Source: Botryllus schlosseri (lineage: Eukaryota). From it: a stretch of DNA of 64,000 nucleotides. Positions within the stretch are counted from its first letter, which is position 1, and every line of letters starts with the position of its first letter. A model generated the notes under the pieces. The model worked only from the letters and a program-made list of their open reading frames with translations, was not told the origin of the DNA and did not search any database. The translations under genes were made by a program, and so were the position numbers. The stretch covers positions 15,750,001 to 15,814,000 of the forward strand of contig CM119371.1 of assembly GCA_051294905.1 (NCBI GenBank), read 5' to 3'. Of this stretch, positions 10,840 to 23,100 are shown piece after piece.

Positions 10840-13800
10840 GCATCTCATCCCGGTAAAGAAACGCTTGGTTGCAGCTAATGATGAGGGTATCCACATCCTG
10901 GGTGCTGTGTTTCTGCGACTTTCGGGTGCAGCAGTTTCTGGCGATGTCATAGAAACCGCTGAGATGGTATACATTACGGATTCTACGAAACTCTTCTACC
11001 TTAGCCGAGATGCCATGCAGCAGTTGGGCATCATTGGGCCCGATTTTCCTCAAATTGGGGCAGCGGCACTCCACGCGACACGAGAGTCAACCCTTGAGGG
11101 TAACCCGCATCAAACATGTAGCTGCCCACGGAGGTCCACGCCTCCTCCACGCCCCCAGCAGCTGCCATTCCAGCCTTGTGCGGAGAATGTGGATAAAATG
11201 AAGCAGTGGTTACTTGAGAGGTATGCATCGTCCACATTCAACAAGTGCAAACACAGCCCACTACCAACCATGACTGGGCCGCCTATTTCCATTCATATCG
11301 ATCCGTCGGCAACACCGACTGCAGTCCACACACCGGCTCCCATTCCACTTCATTGGAAAAAGGAAATCGAGAAGCAGTTGGAGGCGGACGTAAAATTAGG
11401 GGTGATTGAAAAAGTGGAGCCGAACACGCCAACGACCTGGTGTCATAGGGCCATATGGGTGCGCAAGGCAGATGGCAGCCCGAGGAGAGTTGTTGACTTC
11501 CAATCGCTGAACCGCTTCTGCTCTCGAGAAACACACCATGTTGTGCCTCCTTTCAAACAAGCACGCTCGATACCTCCAAACACTTACAGGTCTGTCACAG
11601 ATGCCTGGAATGGCTACCATTCCGTGCCCGTGCGTGAAGAGGATAGACACCTTCTGACATTCATCACTGAGTTCGGGAGATATCGGTATAGAGTGGCCCC
11701 GCAGGGATACCTGGCCAGTGACGACGGGTACGCTTACCGCTACGACAGCATCATTACCGACACACCACGCAAAACGAAGTGCGTGGACGACACGGTCCTC
11801 TGGGACGATGACCTTGTCACGCACTGGTGGAGGATGATTGACTATCTAGAATTAATGGGTCGTGAAGGTATCATCCTAAACGCCTCCAAGTTCCAGTTCT
11901 GCCGCAGACATATCGAGTTCGCCGGCTTCGAAATTACTGCCGAGAATGTTCGCCCTCTGCCCAAATACTTGGAAGCAATACAGTGCTTCCCACGGCCAAC
12001 AAAAATCGCAGATATACGTGCATGGTTTGGGCTGGTCAACCAGGTTTCTCATTATGGCCGGCTTTCTACCATTATGGCACCATTTAAACCGTTACTAAGC
12101 GTGAAAACTCCATTTTGCTGGACTTCCGAACTTGATGATGCATTCGTGAACTCCAAGCTCGAGCTCATCAACGCAATCAAAGATGGAGTACGTATCTTTG
12201 ACCCCACTAGAAGAACGTGCCTGACCCCGGACTGGTCAAGGTCTGGCATTGGCTATACTGGCTGCGACAGAAGTACTGCAAATGCGTTTCCTTGACCCCT
12301 GACTGTTGCGTCCATGGGTGGAAAATCACTCTCGCTGGTTCAAGGTTCCTCCGATCCGCCGAACAACGTTATTGTTCTATAGAGGGCGAGGCGCTTGGAA
12401 TCGCATGGGCAATAGAAGATACGAAGTTCTTCACCCTCGGATGTGACGATCTTATCATCTGCACTGACCACAAACCTTTGGTAAAAATCTTTGGGGACCG
12501 CTCCCTTGATGAAATTACTAACACGAGGATTTTTCGTCTGAAGCAGCGCACATTGTCATGGCGCTTCCGTGTCGTCCATGTTCCTGGCAAACTCATTCCT
12601 GCATCTGATGCGTTCTCCAGGCACCCTGCTTCCTCATCTCCAGTGGATGACATGCCATTGGATCACTGCGACAGTATCGTGGCTTCTCATGAGGACACCA
12701 ATCTGATTGAAATCAGCATCGTGGCCACCTCCCGAGCATCATTGAATGCCATTGAAGTTGTCTCCTGGGACGATGTAAAGCGCAGTACTGCATACGATCC
12801 TGTTCTCAGTGAGTTAAAAAATCACATCATATCAGGATTCCCAGACAAATCGGACAAACTGCCTTTTCAACTACAGTCATATATTGGCGGTACCGCGACG
12901 ACCTTTCGATCGTAGACGATGTTGTCATGTATAATGACAGGATTGTTGTTCCCCCGCCGCTGCGAGGGGTTATCTGTGAAATCTTACACTCGGCACACCA
13001 AGGGACTGCTGCCATGTCACAGAGGGCGCAGGCCACAGTATTTTGGCCTGGGATGACTGAGTGTATAGCACGTACACGAGCACGTTGTGACAACTGCAAT
13101 AAAATGGCACCGAGTCAAGCATACATGCCTCCGGCCGAGCCATTCATACCGACCTACCCTTTCCAAGCTGTTGCCGCTGATTATTGCACCGCTGCAGGCC
13201 ACCACTATTTAGTCGTTGTTGACCGCTTCAGCAACTGGCCAGAGATATTCCATGTGAAGCACGGTGGGCAAACGTCTGGAGCCCTCGGACTCCAAGATGC
13301 ATTACGAAGTTACTTCGGCACGTTTGGTGTGGCCGAAGAACTTAGCAGTGACGGGGGACCCGAGTTTGCTGCGCACAGCACTCGGTAATTTTTTCGAAAA
13401 TGGGGGGTGCGCCACAGGCTGTCGTCAGCCTACCACTCCAGGTCAAATGGCCGCGCGGAGGCTGCGGTGAAATCGATGAAACGACTCCTTCTCGGCAACA
13501 TTTCGCAGGATGGCAGCATCCGGACCGATGCAATTACTCGGGCATTGCTACAGTTTCGCAATTGCCCCGACCCCGCGAATGGACTCTCATCTGCAGAAAT
13601 AGTATTTGGCAGGACTTTGAAAGATGCGTTGCCGATCAAAGAATGGGTTCCAGTTTTCACACAGCGCAACATCAGGCCATTATGGAGGAATCTCTGGCAG
13701 AGTCGCGAGCAAACGTTACGTACCAGATTTGCGAAGCAGCTGGAATCTCTGTCGTTGAACACTAAGCCATTATCACCACTTCTTGGAGGTGATGTCTGTC

Positions 13801-14246
13801 GCATTCAAAACCAAAACGGTCGTTATCCCCTTCGCTGGGACAGAACCGGCACTATGGTTCAGTGCCGAGACCATGAGCAGTACCTCGTGAAAGTGGACGG
13901 TTCCGGCAGATTGACGCTACGTAACAGGAAATTTCTACGCAAGATTGAGCCGTACTTCCCGAACCAAAAGCACACATATTTTCAGCCAACGGTCTCGTCT
14001 CCCGGCACAGCTACGTCACCTCAAGTCGTTTCGCCACCCACTCTAAGTGGACAGTCGAATGAGGTAGACCCGGGCTTGCTGAGATCCACCGAATCGAGTG
14101 CAGAAGATCATCTACCAGCTGGAGTACCGATCGACGACACTAGTGTACCCGCACCGTCTAACAATAGACGCCAGCGCTCAGGCAGAAATGTTACCCCGCC
14201 AGTATGGTACAAGGACTACGTTATTGGGGCCCAAATTTTACGTTGA
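10840..14246 (+). pseudogene. Element A pol (protease C-half, RT, RNase H, integrase) broken by frameshifts
   Basis: Consecutive ORFs 10865-12295 (RT, CVDD), 12217-12915 (RNase H, TDHKPL), 12927-13388 (HSAH..C..C, SDGGPEF) and 13407-14246 (SNGRAE). Confidence 0.95.
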
Positions 14247-14351
14247 TTCCCGCTTCAATCGCCATTAGAGTATTTGGTTGGACGTTCTCTACACGCTGTA
14301 TTTTGAACTCCTCACTCAATGCTCGTTGATTTCGTTAGGAGTTGGGGGGGA

Positions 14352-14586
14352 TGTGGGATTATCTCTTACTACTATCTCTCTCTCTAATAGTTTCTCTAAA
14401 CTCATGAGCGATCTCGTCTTCTCGTTGTTGTGATTTTGCGACGTGCGTGCATGTATGTATTAGCACCCACATCTTGTGAGTTGTTGGAGCAATAGGGATT
14501 AGGCTAGTCGATGCAACTGTTCTTTTGTATTTCAGTTTGATCATTTATTACGGTATTTAACCAATGTATAAATGCAAAGTTGCACA
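14352..14586 (+). repeat. 3' LTR of element A (235 bp)
   Basis: TGTGGG...TGCACA followed by the TSD ACGAC. Confidence 0.96.
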
Positions 14587-14736
14587 ACGACCCTTTCTGT
14601 TTTTCTCTTTGTCTTTTCCGGCAACAGTATACGATAATGGCGACGATAATGATCAGAAATAGGATAAATAGCACTATCAACACAATCACCCACGCGCTGA
14701 GAGACTGTGCCTGAGCGATCGCAGGTGCAGCAGGAT
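14587..14736 (-). pseudogene. Transmembrane exon of the host gene; the rest of the exon is at 1105-1092, beyond the LTR stack
   Basis: Acceptor TTTCACTGCAG, then DPAAPAIAQAQSLSAWVIVLIVLFILFLIIIVAIIVYCCRKRQREKQKGS. Removing element A continues the frame as YDVYA followed by GTAAGT at 1091. Confidence 0.85.
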
Positions 14737-14980
14737 CTGCAGTGAAACAATAAGTTTGACATCATGTGGTCAATAGGAATGAACTATGATGGTGTGAACT
14801 TCTGAAAGGTTCAGGTTCGTGTGAACGCGAACCTTTTTGAAAGGTTTTGTGTGAACCCGGAAGTGAACCTCATGACGTCACGTGACGTCATATTGCTAAT
14901 TCCAACCCTACCTTTCAGTGAAGTGATAGCCATTAGCCAATACCAATGTACATTGTACATTGTACACGATACCTCCGAAG

Positions 14981-16218
14981 CAGAACCGTAACTGCCGCAC
15001 CCCAAACCCCCAATTGGGGGGCCCGAACTCGAAGGGGGCACAAAATTATTTCATGAATTAGCATAAATTATAGAGTATTTTTTTTGAAAAGTTATGCAGC
15101 TTTCTCTGGTTGCCAAATATCTTGATTATTGGATACTCTTCACCCAAGAATATGCAAGATTTATAGAAATGGGCATATCGGCGTTGGCCATTACCGCACC
15201 ACGACGCACCAATATGTAAAGTTTTATGCAATGTAACATGCGACTCCAACATGCGACTGCGCTTACGCTGATACATATAAGTTTAATTGTCCATGGGTGC
15301 CGAAATGACTGGCGCCGAATGTCCCTGTCTTGGCAATCTGAACCTCATAAGACAAATACCATCCCGCACGAAAAAATTATATGCCAGTGAAGAAATACCA
15401 ATTTCAAATCGTGTGCGTGTTATAGTTGGTTTTGGATATTGCGGAGGTCACGAAATACCATCACGTAACGAAGTCATACCACCGGGTCCGCCCTCCCGAA
15501 GATGTTTAATTATTATTTACGAGCCTTACAGTTTCCAAGACACCTCACTCGGCAGTTACGGAAAAATAAGAAGAATATCGGCCTGGTGTAAATGACTATA
15601 GTAGTCGACAAACAGCATGAATACCTCAAAACAAACAAACAAACAAACACCTCACTCGGCTCTACCGGTAAATCTGATTACGCGAGCAGAGAGGACAAGA
15701 AATTGATAGCAATATATGTGTAGGCCTAATTCCCGAACTTATTGACCGATTTTATTATGAATCATTGAAAATTTTCGCGCTTTGCGCGTGCTTACTAAAT
15801 AGTACAACTAGTTTCGTGGTAAAAGCGAACAACGTGATGGAGGGGGGAGTCGATTTAGCACCCTATGTGAGCCCAAACCCCAAGTTTTTTTGAGCCTGAC
15901 GAAGTGCTGTTTCGCTCCTGCCTACGCCCGGATATGTTTAATTATTATTATTGAGTGGTCCTACCTTTTTAAACACACCTCACTCCGCTCTGCCGGTAAA
16001 TCTTAATACGTGAGCAGAGAGAGGATAAAAATTGATAGCAATATATAATACATGCATTTATCGATCATATAGACCGATTCATTCATGAATTATACAAATT
16101 TTTCGCGCTTCGCGCGGTTAGACGAGTTACTTATACTCACACCTAATATATATGATAAGTAGCGGAAAAGCGTAGAGCATGAGGGGGGTCTGGGGGTCGA
16201 AGTGCTGTTACGGCCCTG
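14981..16218. mobile_element. Non-autonomous hAT-like element (CAGGGCCGTAAC family), copy 2
   Basis: Ends CAGAACCGTAAC...GTTACGGCCCTG. 8-bp TSD CTCCGAAG at 14973-14980 and 16219-16226. Confidence 0.92.
15554..15646 (+). mobile_element. 5'-truncated SINE/LINE tail with (AAAC)n end
   Basis: 14-bp TSD ACACCTCACTCGGC at 15540-15553 and 15647-15660. The core ATATCGGCCTGGTGTAAATGAC..TAGTCGA recurs near 33565, 37670 and 39180. Confidence 0.85.
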
Positions 16219-17478
16219 CTCCGAAGTACATATTGACGTTTTAAACGTCGCCAACCGTATCAACTGGCACAATCAAATTATATAATAATCCCTTGAAATC
16301 AATATCTTCCGTCGCTTCATTTGACGTCCGCAATAATATGAGTAGAATTTTAGAATTTTAGAAAGATCGATTTGATGTCAGAGCATTGCAGCAGTAGAGC
16401 CTAATCCAGATCTCGTGTATACTCCTGATAACTAGGCTATATAGATCATGTCATTACCAAAGTCAAATTAAACCAGCGCTAGATTTACCTTCTAATATTC
16501 GGCATAACAGCATGAAAATGTCGATTACTGTGCCATAGCAATAGAAATGTCCAATCGCCGAAGAATCCATTTGTGTTACAGATGTGAAGCGTAAGCTACA
16601 ACTACTTTATACTCGCCACATTTAATTAGCGATAATAACACGAATAAAGATACCCGAGATGACTGCATGATGTAATCAACTATACATCAAGAGGACAGCA
16701 TAATGCCAATAGTTGCCATACCGACCTTCTTAGATATCTAAATAAGCGACGAAACGCAAGCCACGACCTTTTGATATTTTACTATTTTCAATATCTGTTT
16801 GATAGTTTGTTTCGTCCGTGGTTGTACCAAGTCACGGCGTTCAACGTCACAAAAGTACTTCTTTCATTGTATCTTTTGACGCGACTCAACTCGAGTCATT
16901 TTTATTTTATCACCCATTGAGTTCGAGTAATTTTACAAAAGGTAGCACCGAAGTCCAAATCATAGTTTTCAGTACGAATTATTAACGGGTCACGTTTAAC
17001 CATCTTTAACAAGTAGTGTCATGTATAAGCTTCCGCTGCGTCTTAACTTTTGAAAGTGATGAAATAGTGAAGTTTGATGAGTAGTTTCTGGCTTCTGGAG
17101 TAGTTTTAGAGCGAAATTTAAGTTCTCGAATTAAAAAATGTTAATTAAATATTGTCGAGTACGTCGAAATCCAAAATGCCGTCGCGGGCCGTACAAAATG
17201 GTCTCGCGGGCCGCGTGTTCGAGACCGCTGGGTTGCGTCATACTGTACCATATTCGTTTTACCTTTGAATCTGTTTGAATCCCTTTACTGCGGCGATAAC
17301 TCTTGAACAGATCCACCCAAAAATTCTTCAAGTGATAAATAATGTAGTCCCTACTATTACCATGGATATTCTGATGAAAGCAATCTTTAATTATTCAAAT
17401 CGGCTGTGATTCAATGTCGCCCGTACATACTTTGGCAACCTACTTGGCTACAACAAAGTGCACGTGACGATATCTTAC

Positions 17479-17611
17479 ATTTTCCGTGATGACACCACGC
17501 CGTTGTATCATTGGACGGCACGTAGCAACATCCACGTTGAAGACAAGCCGCTATTGGCATACCGCTCCATATGTATACGTTCCTCGACGGGTATATTTTC
17601 GCAGGTTAATC
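17479..17611 (-). pseudogene. Trefoil (P-type) domain exon with a frameshift
   Basis: AG acceptor, then GLTCENIPVEERIH, a frameshift, then WSGMPIAACLQRGCCYVPSNDTTAWCHHGK and a GTAAGA donor. RGCC...WC is the trefoil signature. Confidence 0.8.
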
Positions 17612-17704
17612 CTACCGGGAAACACGTATATTGTGGGTAGACGCATATTAGCTGTGGCAACTGATACTTTTCATGGTATCAATGGACAGAAAAAGTGTAG
17701 TTAC

Positions 17705-17853
17705 CAGAGTCGGTCCACTCGACTGTGTTACAGTATTGCCCTTTGCAGCAAAAGTGGCACACCGCCCCGATCTCTCCAGGCTTGCAAGCCTTATCATTGG
17801 ATGCCACGTATTTCTGACAATCAGATTCGCTCATGCAACCTCTCGAATGTAGC
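17705..17853 (-). CDS. Exon: C-terminal half of a Ly6/uPAR (three-finger) domain
   Basis: Phase-2 acceptor TTCAG. LHSRGCMSESDCQKY...CKPGEIGAVCHFCCKGQYCN (CCxxxxCN). Donor GTAACT. Confidence 0.85.
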
Positions 17854-18709
17854 CTGAATATGTCGAACAAATTACGAAATAGTTCACCATTCGGTTTTGC
17901 TGATCGCTATTAGTAGAGTTTCTCTCGCCATCAATGTATTGACGTTTTAACTAGTATAGGTCTTTAGTGTTTCGTGTTTTAATTTCATGGTCGATGAGAA
18001 TGGTTAACCCACTCAGAGATGACCAGTAACGAAGTACTTATAATTTATTCGATACTCGAGGGGTTATGCTTTGAGATTACTAACACCTCTATTCGAAGTT
18101 TTTTTCTTCGTAAAACTACTTACTATCGACACTTCAGATTTTATAAAGTAGATATTAGTTTTGGGATAAGCTTGCATCACTTTTACGAGCGGAATTTTCA
18201 TGACAACTCGGCGTCATCCCTACCGTGTCTAGGTAACATAATATAATATCGTAGCGTGTCTGATCATCTTGGTTCCTTTCATGTTATCCATTCTCAAATA
18301 CAGCGTGCATGCCTCTTATATACACGCTGTAGACCACGGGGTGTCTGATTAAAAGACTACTGCTCCAAGTCGTTTCGGCACCACTTCTTTATCTTCTCCT
18401 TATATTACGATATTGTGGTGTATTGATTTGATAAACCAAATTATTGAAATGACAACAGGGGAAAGATACATCTTGCAATTGCGATTAACTGTTAAAAGTA
18501 TGCAACCAACTACCAAAGCTACTTTTAAGATATACGTGCTCGAGTACATTTCAGATCACCATTTTCTACCACATGAAGTATAGTTTGGCGTGTCTTCGAT
18601 ATTGCTAATTTAATCGAAGCATATACTTGTCGTAGAGTAGAAATTTGTCGCGTTACTTCTACTTCGACTTGAGTAGTATAGTCGATCGCTCGTGACGGGC
18701 TATTGATTC

Positions 18710-19110
18710 TTATGGGCCCGCTCGCACGTCGTATTGAAAACTCGTGTTGGCATATCGTACTTTTAGACCCCCCCTATCGCTCGCACATCGTAATGTGTTC
18801 TTATGGGTGCACTCGCATGTCGTACTTTCAGGTATAGGCTGCGGCGGTGACTCGTATTGAAAACTCGTGTTGGTATATCGTACTTTCGGGTGTAGGCATC
18901 TCTCGCACATCGTACTTTCGCATGTCGTACTTTCGCGTATAGACTGTGTTGATGATTCGCTATGTGTTCTTATGGTCGCGTCGGCATATCGTACTTTCGG
19001 GTGTAGGCATCTCTCGCACATCGTACTTTCGCATGCCGTACTTTCGCGTATAGATTGTGTTGGTGATTCGCCATGTGTTCTTATGGGTGCGGTCGTGATA
19101 CGCACTTTCA
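18710..19110. repeat. Subterminal nested repeats (111-123-bp units, 8 CGTACTTT motifs); mirrored at 32727-33127
   Basis: Near-identical 111-bp units start at 18869 and 18980. CGTATTGAAAACTCGTGTTGG occurs at about 18730 and 18853. Confidence 0.9.
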
Positions 19111-19562
19111 ACCATCTCTCGCGTGGTGTTGAATAGTCACCAACAATAACCGCACAAACGGAAACGTGGCTTGTTGTGAGGATTAAGCATGCGACCTATA
19201 TTTCGAATGACCTGCGTGCTGAATTGTTTCACGTCCAGCCGCTACTATCGAATATTACACTAGACCGGTCAGTGTGAAATAGTTTGATCGTAAATTATGA
19301 TATATGACGTCGTAGTTTAGTCGTGTCAAATGACCGATCGTGTTCTCTTTCCTCGCTATTGATTGCTACCTGAATAATACTTTCGGCTTATTCGCTGTTT
19401 CGCGCCTACAGAATAGTCTGCTGTTCATAGTCACAGATTCATCGCGATAGCACAATTTTCACACCTCGATCAGTAGAACAACACCACACTAACGCAGTTG
19501 GCGAATCACATAGGTCATACATTTTACGCGAAATATTGTATTGTGGTATACAAATATGCAAA

Positions 19563-20198
19563 CTATTCTTTCAATTCAACAAGTCTAGTTAACGGATCGA
19601 TTTTCAAGCTGCCGACACAGTTTTTAACACGAGTGAGTTGATATTTCTTCCCGGGTACGAGCGAGGCTTTGTTCCATTGATCCAAAACCACCTCACCAGT
19701 ATCATCCTTCAATGTAAAACTGTATAATTTCAACTCCTTTCCGGCCCCAGAATTGACCATCTTCTCCTCTCGAGAAACACAAGTAGCGGCGATCGAAACG
19801 TATTCATCTTTATTCCCGTATACCGATTCGCAGGTCAATAATGGGTATTCTTCAGTCGTATGTCTCGATTTTCCATGCGTGGTTACTGACGAAGCCCGTC
19901 CCAGTAATACAGCAGGTTTTCCAGTAAACTTGTCAATTTGGACCCAACCGGATTTGACCATGAGTTTTTTTCGTTTGGCGAATGCTTTCTCAATGTTCCC
20001 GAACAATTCACGATTGAAACACGTGAAAGATATCTCTTCGTTATTACCGTCGATGAATATACCTTTGAGATATTGGCTAACGCCACCTCTTTTGGGTGAT
20101 GAGACGAATTTGACGCCGACGTGAAAATTTGAAGTTGCTCCGACTTGCATAGTGTTGACGCTGTTCGATGTCATATCGTTTGATAAAGTGGGAGTCAT
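19563..20198 (-). CDS. Tandem OB-fold, RPA70/SSB-like putative ssDNA-binding protein (211 aa), left-arm copy
   Basis: Longest clean ORF in the arm. The second half VSIAATCVSREEKMVNSGAGKELKLYSFTLKDDTGEVVLDQW...GKKYQLTRV resembles RPA OB-folds. The first half has FIDGNNEEISFTCF. Confidence 0.75.
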   Translation of the reverse strand: MTPTLSNDMTSNSVNTMQVGATSNFHVGVKFVSSPKRGGVSQYLKGIFIDGNNEEISFTCFNRELFGNIEKAFAKRKKLMVKSGWVQIDKFTGKPAVLLGRASSVTTHGKSRHTTEEYPLLTCESVYGNKDEYVSIAATCVSREEKMVNSGAGKELKLYSFTLKDDTGEVVLDQWNKASLVPGKKYQLTRVKNCVGSLKIDPLTRLVELKE

Positions 20199-23100
20199 CA
20201 GTGTAACTCACTACACAAATCAAGTTGAATCGTATTTGAATGTATTGATTCGACCCAACTCAAATCCTTTGACAAATCCTATTAACGCGATCTGTTGAAT
20301 CGAACGTAACCTGAATATTACTGACGCCAACATTCACCCGCATCGGATCATTCACACATTCCACGTCGGTGTTTTAACACTTATAGAATCAATACCAACT
20401 ATCTCTAACCCGATAATATTCAATCATTTTGGTAATTTGCCAACTTTAAATCCATTCGCGGGATGTACTAAAGGTAAATCCAAATAATCCAGAATGAAAT
20501 ATTTGGACTTCGACATTGCGTGAATTGAAATAGGTTTGACAAACATGACTACCAACTTTCACCAAGTCACATTTCAAGATTATACTTTGAAACAATCCTT
20601 GAAACTGACAACTCTATTCACGACTCCGTTTCCGTTTGTAAAATAGAGTTTCAGAAATACTATCACTATGACAACTCAACATTTTAACATCTCACCATGC
20701 AGAAACGAGTTAAATACAAAAACCTTGTCAAGTCAATCCGTTTGTAACTCACCGAACCAAAGCAAAAAGTGTCCATACGAAAAGTAGACAAGACTACGCA
20801 AGTAATCACTAACCCACAAACATCAAGTTCGGTTTTAGGCATATACCACCAACTCGTCTTTTTTGTTCAACTGTAAAAGTCGTTACTAGGCCGCAAGACC
20901 AAGAAATTACTATGCGGTATATTTTGTAAGACAAAAGTAATTACTTCTCGGTGTCGGCGACTTGAGATTAACATAATATATTTGAGTATACGACATTTGA
21001 AAGTATGACCATCGTAGTTTCTTACAATCGACCGCAGGTGTTATATCGAAAATTATCGTGATGTAAACATAAGGATTGTCACATCGATTTAACATATGAG
21101 ATTTTGTAATGTTCTATCATGACTTGATTATTAAATTATGACATTATTAGACCAGAGTTGTGTTGAAGGTTATTTTGACATCAACAAACTTTTCAGTGCC
21201 ATTGTTATTAACACATCGAGTTGTAAAACTATGCGTGTCTGAAATGTTCTTGAATGGAAAATTATTCCACCTTGGTACATATCACCCTGCGTATCGCGGA
21301 TATCAGAAAATATTTTACAAATGTAATTGTCTCCACTAACCAAGACTAAAGATGAAACAACAATTTCCTTTGTTAAACAATAACCGGTACAATACTTTAT
21401 CATCGTAATCGGCAGTGAGAATTGAAACACTTTCGCACATTATCCAGCGTCAAGATATCACACTAGGTGAATTGACATACCGCCGCTTGATTAATACCTA
21501 ATCCATTCGCACCATTTCACATACTTTGATCATTACAAAAGTAAATTGGAATATGTTTGTTAGATGCATTCAATTCAACTAGAAGTGTCTGGTACACAAC
21601 AATCGTAATATCGAAAAAGTACTTGCCACACTGTTATTTGCTAAACGTGTTTTGTATTGTTGTCCATTTGTAGTATTGATTGTTTTTGAACCCCCAAATC
21701 ATAATTCCCGACATGAAACCAAGCCGCTGAAAGTCGTTACCATCACGAAGATACAATGTGCACGATGTTTGTCAAATGTGTCCTACCTGGCCAACAGAAA
21801 ACAATTTTCACTCACTCGAAATGAAACCAATGTGATGGTCTCCATTCGATATTTTGTTTGTGTCAAATATACTTTGCAATGAACACATTTGCGTGGTTGA
21901 GCTTTGCCATCATCAAGCTGTCATTTGTATCGTTTAATTAACCGACATTTAGCGATTGGTGAACATACCGAACGATACACAGTCACTTCGAAATACTCCG
22001 TTGATCGTAATTTCCATCATCATAATAATCGAAGTACAATTGCTTCGAATCGCTAGAGTGGTTGAGCTTTACATCATCAGACTGCCATCTGTACATCAAG
22101 AATACATCCGCCTTGTAACTGGGTCGTTTACCTAACCGAGTTGTATGCACAGTTTGATATTTAGCGATTGCAGAACATACCATTTCGAAATACTGCGTTG
22201 ATCTCAATTCCTTTGTCGTGATAATCGAAGTATATTTGTTTCGATTTCATAAAAACCAACTTTTCTATGACATGATAAATTTTTGAAAAGTTATGCTTAG
22301 AAGATTGGTGCATCTCGCGAAAAACTAATATACCACTCATATTGATACTGTTACTCCATTGACCGGTATTTTCAAACGAGTCGATTTTCAACTGAGCAAA
22401 ATTTATTACTTGAGTTGTCCCGCTTACTATATTTAAATGTAAACTCACCCGTCTTTCAACAACAAAGACATGGATAAAAAGTACACAAGCAAACACAACA
22501 AGTTTTACTTTTGTTGGACACCAATTATTATTCCACGCATCTCATTTCATACTAAGTGTATATGAAAGATATTCATGGCACACGAAAATATTCGATATTC
22601 CATGCTACGAACATACGCAATGATTGGTGACGCTTTCACACTATTTCGATTTAGTGTAACAAAAACAACAACAACAATTTTCACTGTCTTGACTTATGAA
22701 AACAACAGACGAACCTTCATTCAATATTTTGTTTTTGTCAACTAGTTACTTTTTCATGAGACCCCCACAACTCTTACAGACGTACGAAAGATATTTACAT
22801 CACACAAAGTAATCAACTTTACTCGATGTTCTCACATTACGAAACTAAAGAATGGTTGGTTTGACTCTACAAACTGTTTCGTCACCTCAAGAACTTTATT
22901 GTCTGAATGGTTGTTCATGTGTCTTAAGAACCAAATAGTTCAACACAGCACTAGTACCAACAGAAACATCAGAGTTGTTTACACAAAAGTTTGTATGTGT
23001 ACAGTATGTGAATACCATGTGTAAGTCCAGCACAATTGTGGTATCCATCCGGGTTTAGTTAACACAATTTACGACACCGAGGTCGCCTCATCTTTCGTAA

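Larger units (their letters stand above)
1111..14586 (+). mobile_element. Gypsy-type LTR retrotransposon A (outer, gag-deleted, frameshifted pol) carrying nested insertions
   Basis: TG...CA LTRs at 1111-2647 (interrupted) and 14352-14586. 5-bp TSD ACGAC at 1106-1110 and 14587-14591. Polypurine-rich tract AGGAGTTGGGGGGGA before the 3' LTR. pol order is PR-RT-RH-IN. Confidence 0.96.

Noticed and set aside
6378..14246. Short antisense and alternate-frame ORFs over the gag-pol regions
   Set aside because: Shadow ORFs of the retroelement coding sequence with no recognisable motifs.
14873..14891. Palindrome ATGACGTCACGTGACGTCAT with CRE-like sites
   Set aside because: It is short, intronic and next to repeat-like sequence; there is no support for function.
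18710..19111. 133-aa repetitive Cys-containing ORF (and its mirror 32726-33127)
   Set aside because: It lies wholly in the subterminal repeats and has no ATG start; probably incidental.
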